Below, one piece after another: positions 61,481 through 63,829 of a stretch of DNA of 63,829 nucleotides. The notes under the pieces were generated by a model. That model was not told where the DNA came from and did no database searches. It worked only from the letters and a program-made list of their open reading frames with translations. Positions within the stretch are counted from its first letter, which is position 1, and every line of letters begins with the position of its first letter. The position numbers were made by a program, and so were the translations under genes. The DNA comes from Octopus bimaculoides (Eukaryota). The stretch is taken from positions 7,856,488-7,920,316 of the forward strand of contig NC_068996.1 of the NCBI RefSeq assembly GCF_001194135.2, given 5' to 3'.

Positions 61481-61641
61481 GGGCACAGGAGTGGATGTGT
61501 GGTAAGTAACTTGCTTCCCAACCACATGGTTCCAGGTTCAGTCCCACAGCATGGCAACTTGGGCCAGTGTCTTCTACTATAGCCTCGGGCCGACCAAAGC
61601 TTTATGAGTGGATTTGGTAGACGGAAACTGAAAGAAGTCAG

Positions 61642-61681
<40 letters not shown>

Positions 61682-61908
61682 ATGTGTGTGTGTGTCTGTC
61701 TGCCTGTCCGTGTTTCTCCCTCCACCATCACTTGACAACCGATGCTGGTGTGTTTACGTCCCTGTAACTTAGTGGTTCGGCAAAAGACACCGATAGAATA
61801 AGTACTCGGCTTACAAAGAATAAGTCCTGGAGTTGATTTGTTCAACTAAAGGTGGTGCTCCAGCATGGCCACAGTCAAATGACTGAAACAAGTAAAAAAA
61901 TAAAAGAA
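61481..61908 (+). mobile_element. Family A SINE
   Basis: Full length. Confidence 0.9.
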
Positions 61909-62660
61909 TATTAAATGATGATGATGATGATGATGATGATGATGGTAGTGGTGGTTGATGATAGTGATGATGGTGATGATGGTGATTATGATGGAGGTGG
62001 TCATGCTTTACCATCTTCTAAAAAAGAATGCACTGGGTAACAGGATTGGAAACTTTATTATACATTAATAGCGGTGGAGTTTGTTCACAAGTCTATTAGA
62101 TCAAGACTGATCTGTGGCTAAGGGTCAAAACAAATATACCTGGATGAATGGCATGGATGACCAGGACCAGGCCTCTTGTGAAATGCAGTAAGAAACTTGC
62201 TTCCTGGTCATATGTTTTTGGGTTCAATCCCATTGTATAGCACCTTGCATAGGTGTCTTCTACTGTAACCCTGGGCTGACTATAGCCTGGTGAAAAGATT
62301 TAGTTGATGAGAACTGAAAGAAGCCCATTATATATATATATATGAATATGTGTGCGTGAATGTGTTTTTGTGTTTGTGTTTGTCCGCCACCAATGCTGGA
62401 CAACCAGCATAGGTTTGTTTATATCCCTTTACCTTAGTGGCTTGATGAAAGAGATCTATAGAATAAATAGTGAGCATTTAAAAAATGAGTACTGGGGTCA
62501 GTTTATAATAATGAACTTGTTGCATACAGTGCTCAGGTGCACTACAACTCATCGGAAAAAGTAAGCAAAACTGCATGAACAGTACATGGGCTATGTACAG
62601 AAAGTGAACAGAGAATGAGTCTTTAAAAACAAGAAGAAACATAAAGGTGGAGCATCAGGT

Positions 62661-62925
62661 TTACTGTTGGTAAATTTCAGGAAGCATGGAAGTTTTGAAG
62701 GATGAATTGTCAGGACAGTTAACAACTGATGTGGGTTGTTTATTCCATGCTTCAGCAATTCTGACTGTGAAAAAATGTCTCCGAAACACATGGGTGTTGT
62801 GTTGTTTTTGGATTTTATAAGCCTGTCCGCAAGTGTTTGATGTATGGAATCAAATAAGTTGCCTAAGGTTGTTGTTGGAAAGATGGTGGATGATCTTGTG
62901 GGTGTCAACTAAATCAGTTGCCAGA
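62661..62925 (-). mobile_element. CR1-like LINE ORF2 C-terminus
   Basis: Minus: DLVDTHKIIHHL...SNTCGQAYKIQKQH...FRRHFFTVRIAEAWNKQPTSVVNC....SFKT (the TRGH..K / FF..R....WN.LP motif). Confidence 0.8.
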
Positions 62926-63384
62926 CGGAGCATTAAATTCTTCAAGACAGTCTCCCAGCATGGCAACAGTCCACTGACTGAAACAAGTAAAAATAAGAAA
63001 CAAAAGGTATTGTATCAAATATTGCAAAACTCACTGGATATGGAAGACTCTTTCCACTGATGCAAGTATTAGACACGTTACTGTTACATTCTTACATACA
63101 CATACGCACTCACACATACATATATATTTATACCACGTTCTGTCTTTCATCATTTACTTATTTGAGACATTAGACTGCAGCCATGCTGGGGCACTGCCTT
63201 GAAAGTTGTAGTTGAACAATTCATCCCCCCCCCCGTACCTATTTTCTTTTAAAGCCTGGTGCTTATTCTATCGGTCTCTTTTGCTGAACAGCTATTTTAT
63301 GGGTAGGTAAACAAACCAACACTAGTTATCAAGTGGTACCAAAGAACAAACACAATACACAAACACACACACGTGTGTGTGCAC

Positions 63385-63417
<33 letters not shown>

Positions 63418-63418
<1 letters not shown>

Positions 63419-63826
63419 TCTTTACTCTTTTACTTGTTTCAGTCATTTGACTGCAGCCATGCTGGAGCACCGCCTTTAGTCGAGCAAATCGACCCCAGGA
63501 CTTATTCTTTGTAAGCCTAGTACTTATTCTATCGGTCTCTTTTTGCCGAACCGCTAAGTTACAGAGATGTAAACACACCAGCATCGGTTGTCAAGCGATG
63601 GTGGGGGGACAAACACAGACACACAAACAAACATACACATATATATATATAAATATGTATACGATGGGCTTCTTTCAGTTTCCATCTACCAAATCCATTC
63701 ACAAGGCTTTGGTCGGCCCGAGGCTATAGTAGAAGACACTTGCCCAAGGTGCCACGCAGTGGGACTGAACCCGGAACTATGTGGTTGGTAAGCAAGCTAC
63801 TTACCACACAGCCACTCCTCTGCCTA
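63418..63826 (-). mobile_element. Family A SINE, young
   Basis: Full length, close to 2677-3088. Confidence 0.92.
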
Positions 63827-63829
63827 TAT

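Noticed and set aside
1-63829. CRISPR array, rRNA operon or prokaryotic system
   Set aside because: No regularly interspaced repeat-spacer structure and no gene-dense DNA; the recurring 200-400-bp repeats are dispersed SINEs in both orientations.

Overview
AT-rich eukaryotic draft-assembly sequence with 8 N-gaps and dense microsatellites. The repeat landscape points to an octopus genome (inference from SINE families recalled from memory; not verified by search). I find no intact host protein-coding gene, rRNA, genuine tRNA or CRISPR array, and nearly all listed ORFs are microsatellite artefacts. The window is a graveyard of mobile elements. It holds five tRNA-headed SINE families (labelled A, M, D, E, H here; not mapped onto the published octopus OK/OR1/OR2 names), many RTE-LINE 3' ends with (GAT)n tails, and CR1 3' ends. 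It also holds Penelope-like (PLE) RT and GIY-YIG fragments, decayed maT (D,D37D), mariner (D,D34D) and Tigger transposases, and several MITEs/fold-backs. Best leads: (1) family H, a tRNA-Arg-headed SINE whose body carries a minimal Penelope-type hammerhead ribozyme, with 3 copies whose consensus restores the core and one copy with a PLE-style terminal inversion; (2) a second hammerhead-like PLE motif with a non-canonical core downstream of a GIY-YIG remnant; (3) a 1.42-kb ORF1-only L1/Tx1-like element inserted with a 15-bp TSD between the A and B boxes of a SINE; (4) a multi-stem RNA-like fold with hammerhead-like topology at 56.3 kb; (5) near-perfect hairpins and inverted SINE pairs that are candidate ADAR substrates; (6) a CpG-rich, SINE-poor 5-kb domain at 32.4-37.2 kb. 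Coordinates were read by eye: element boundaries are approximate (about 5-20 bp), quoted motif positions are closer.
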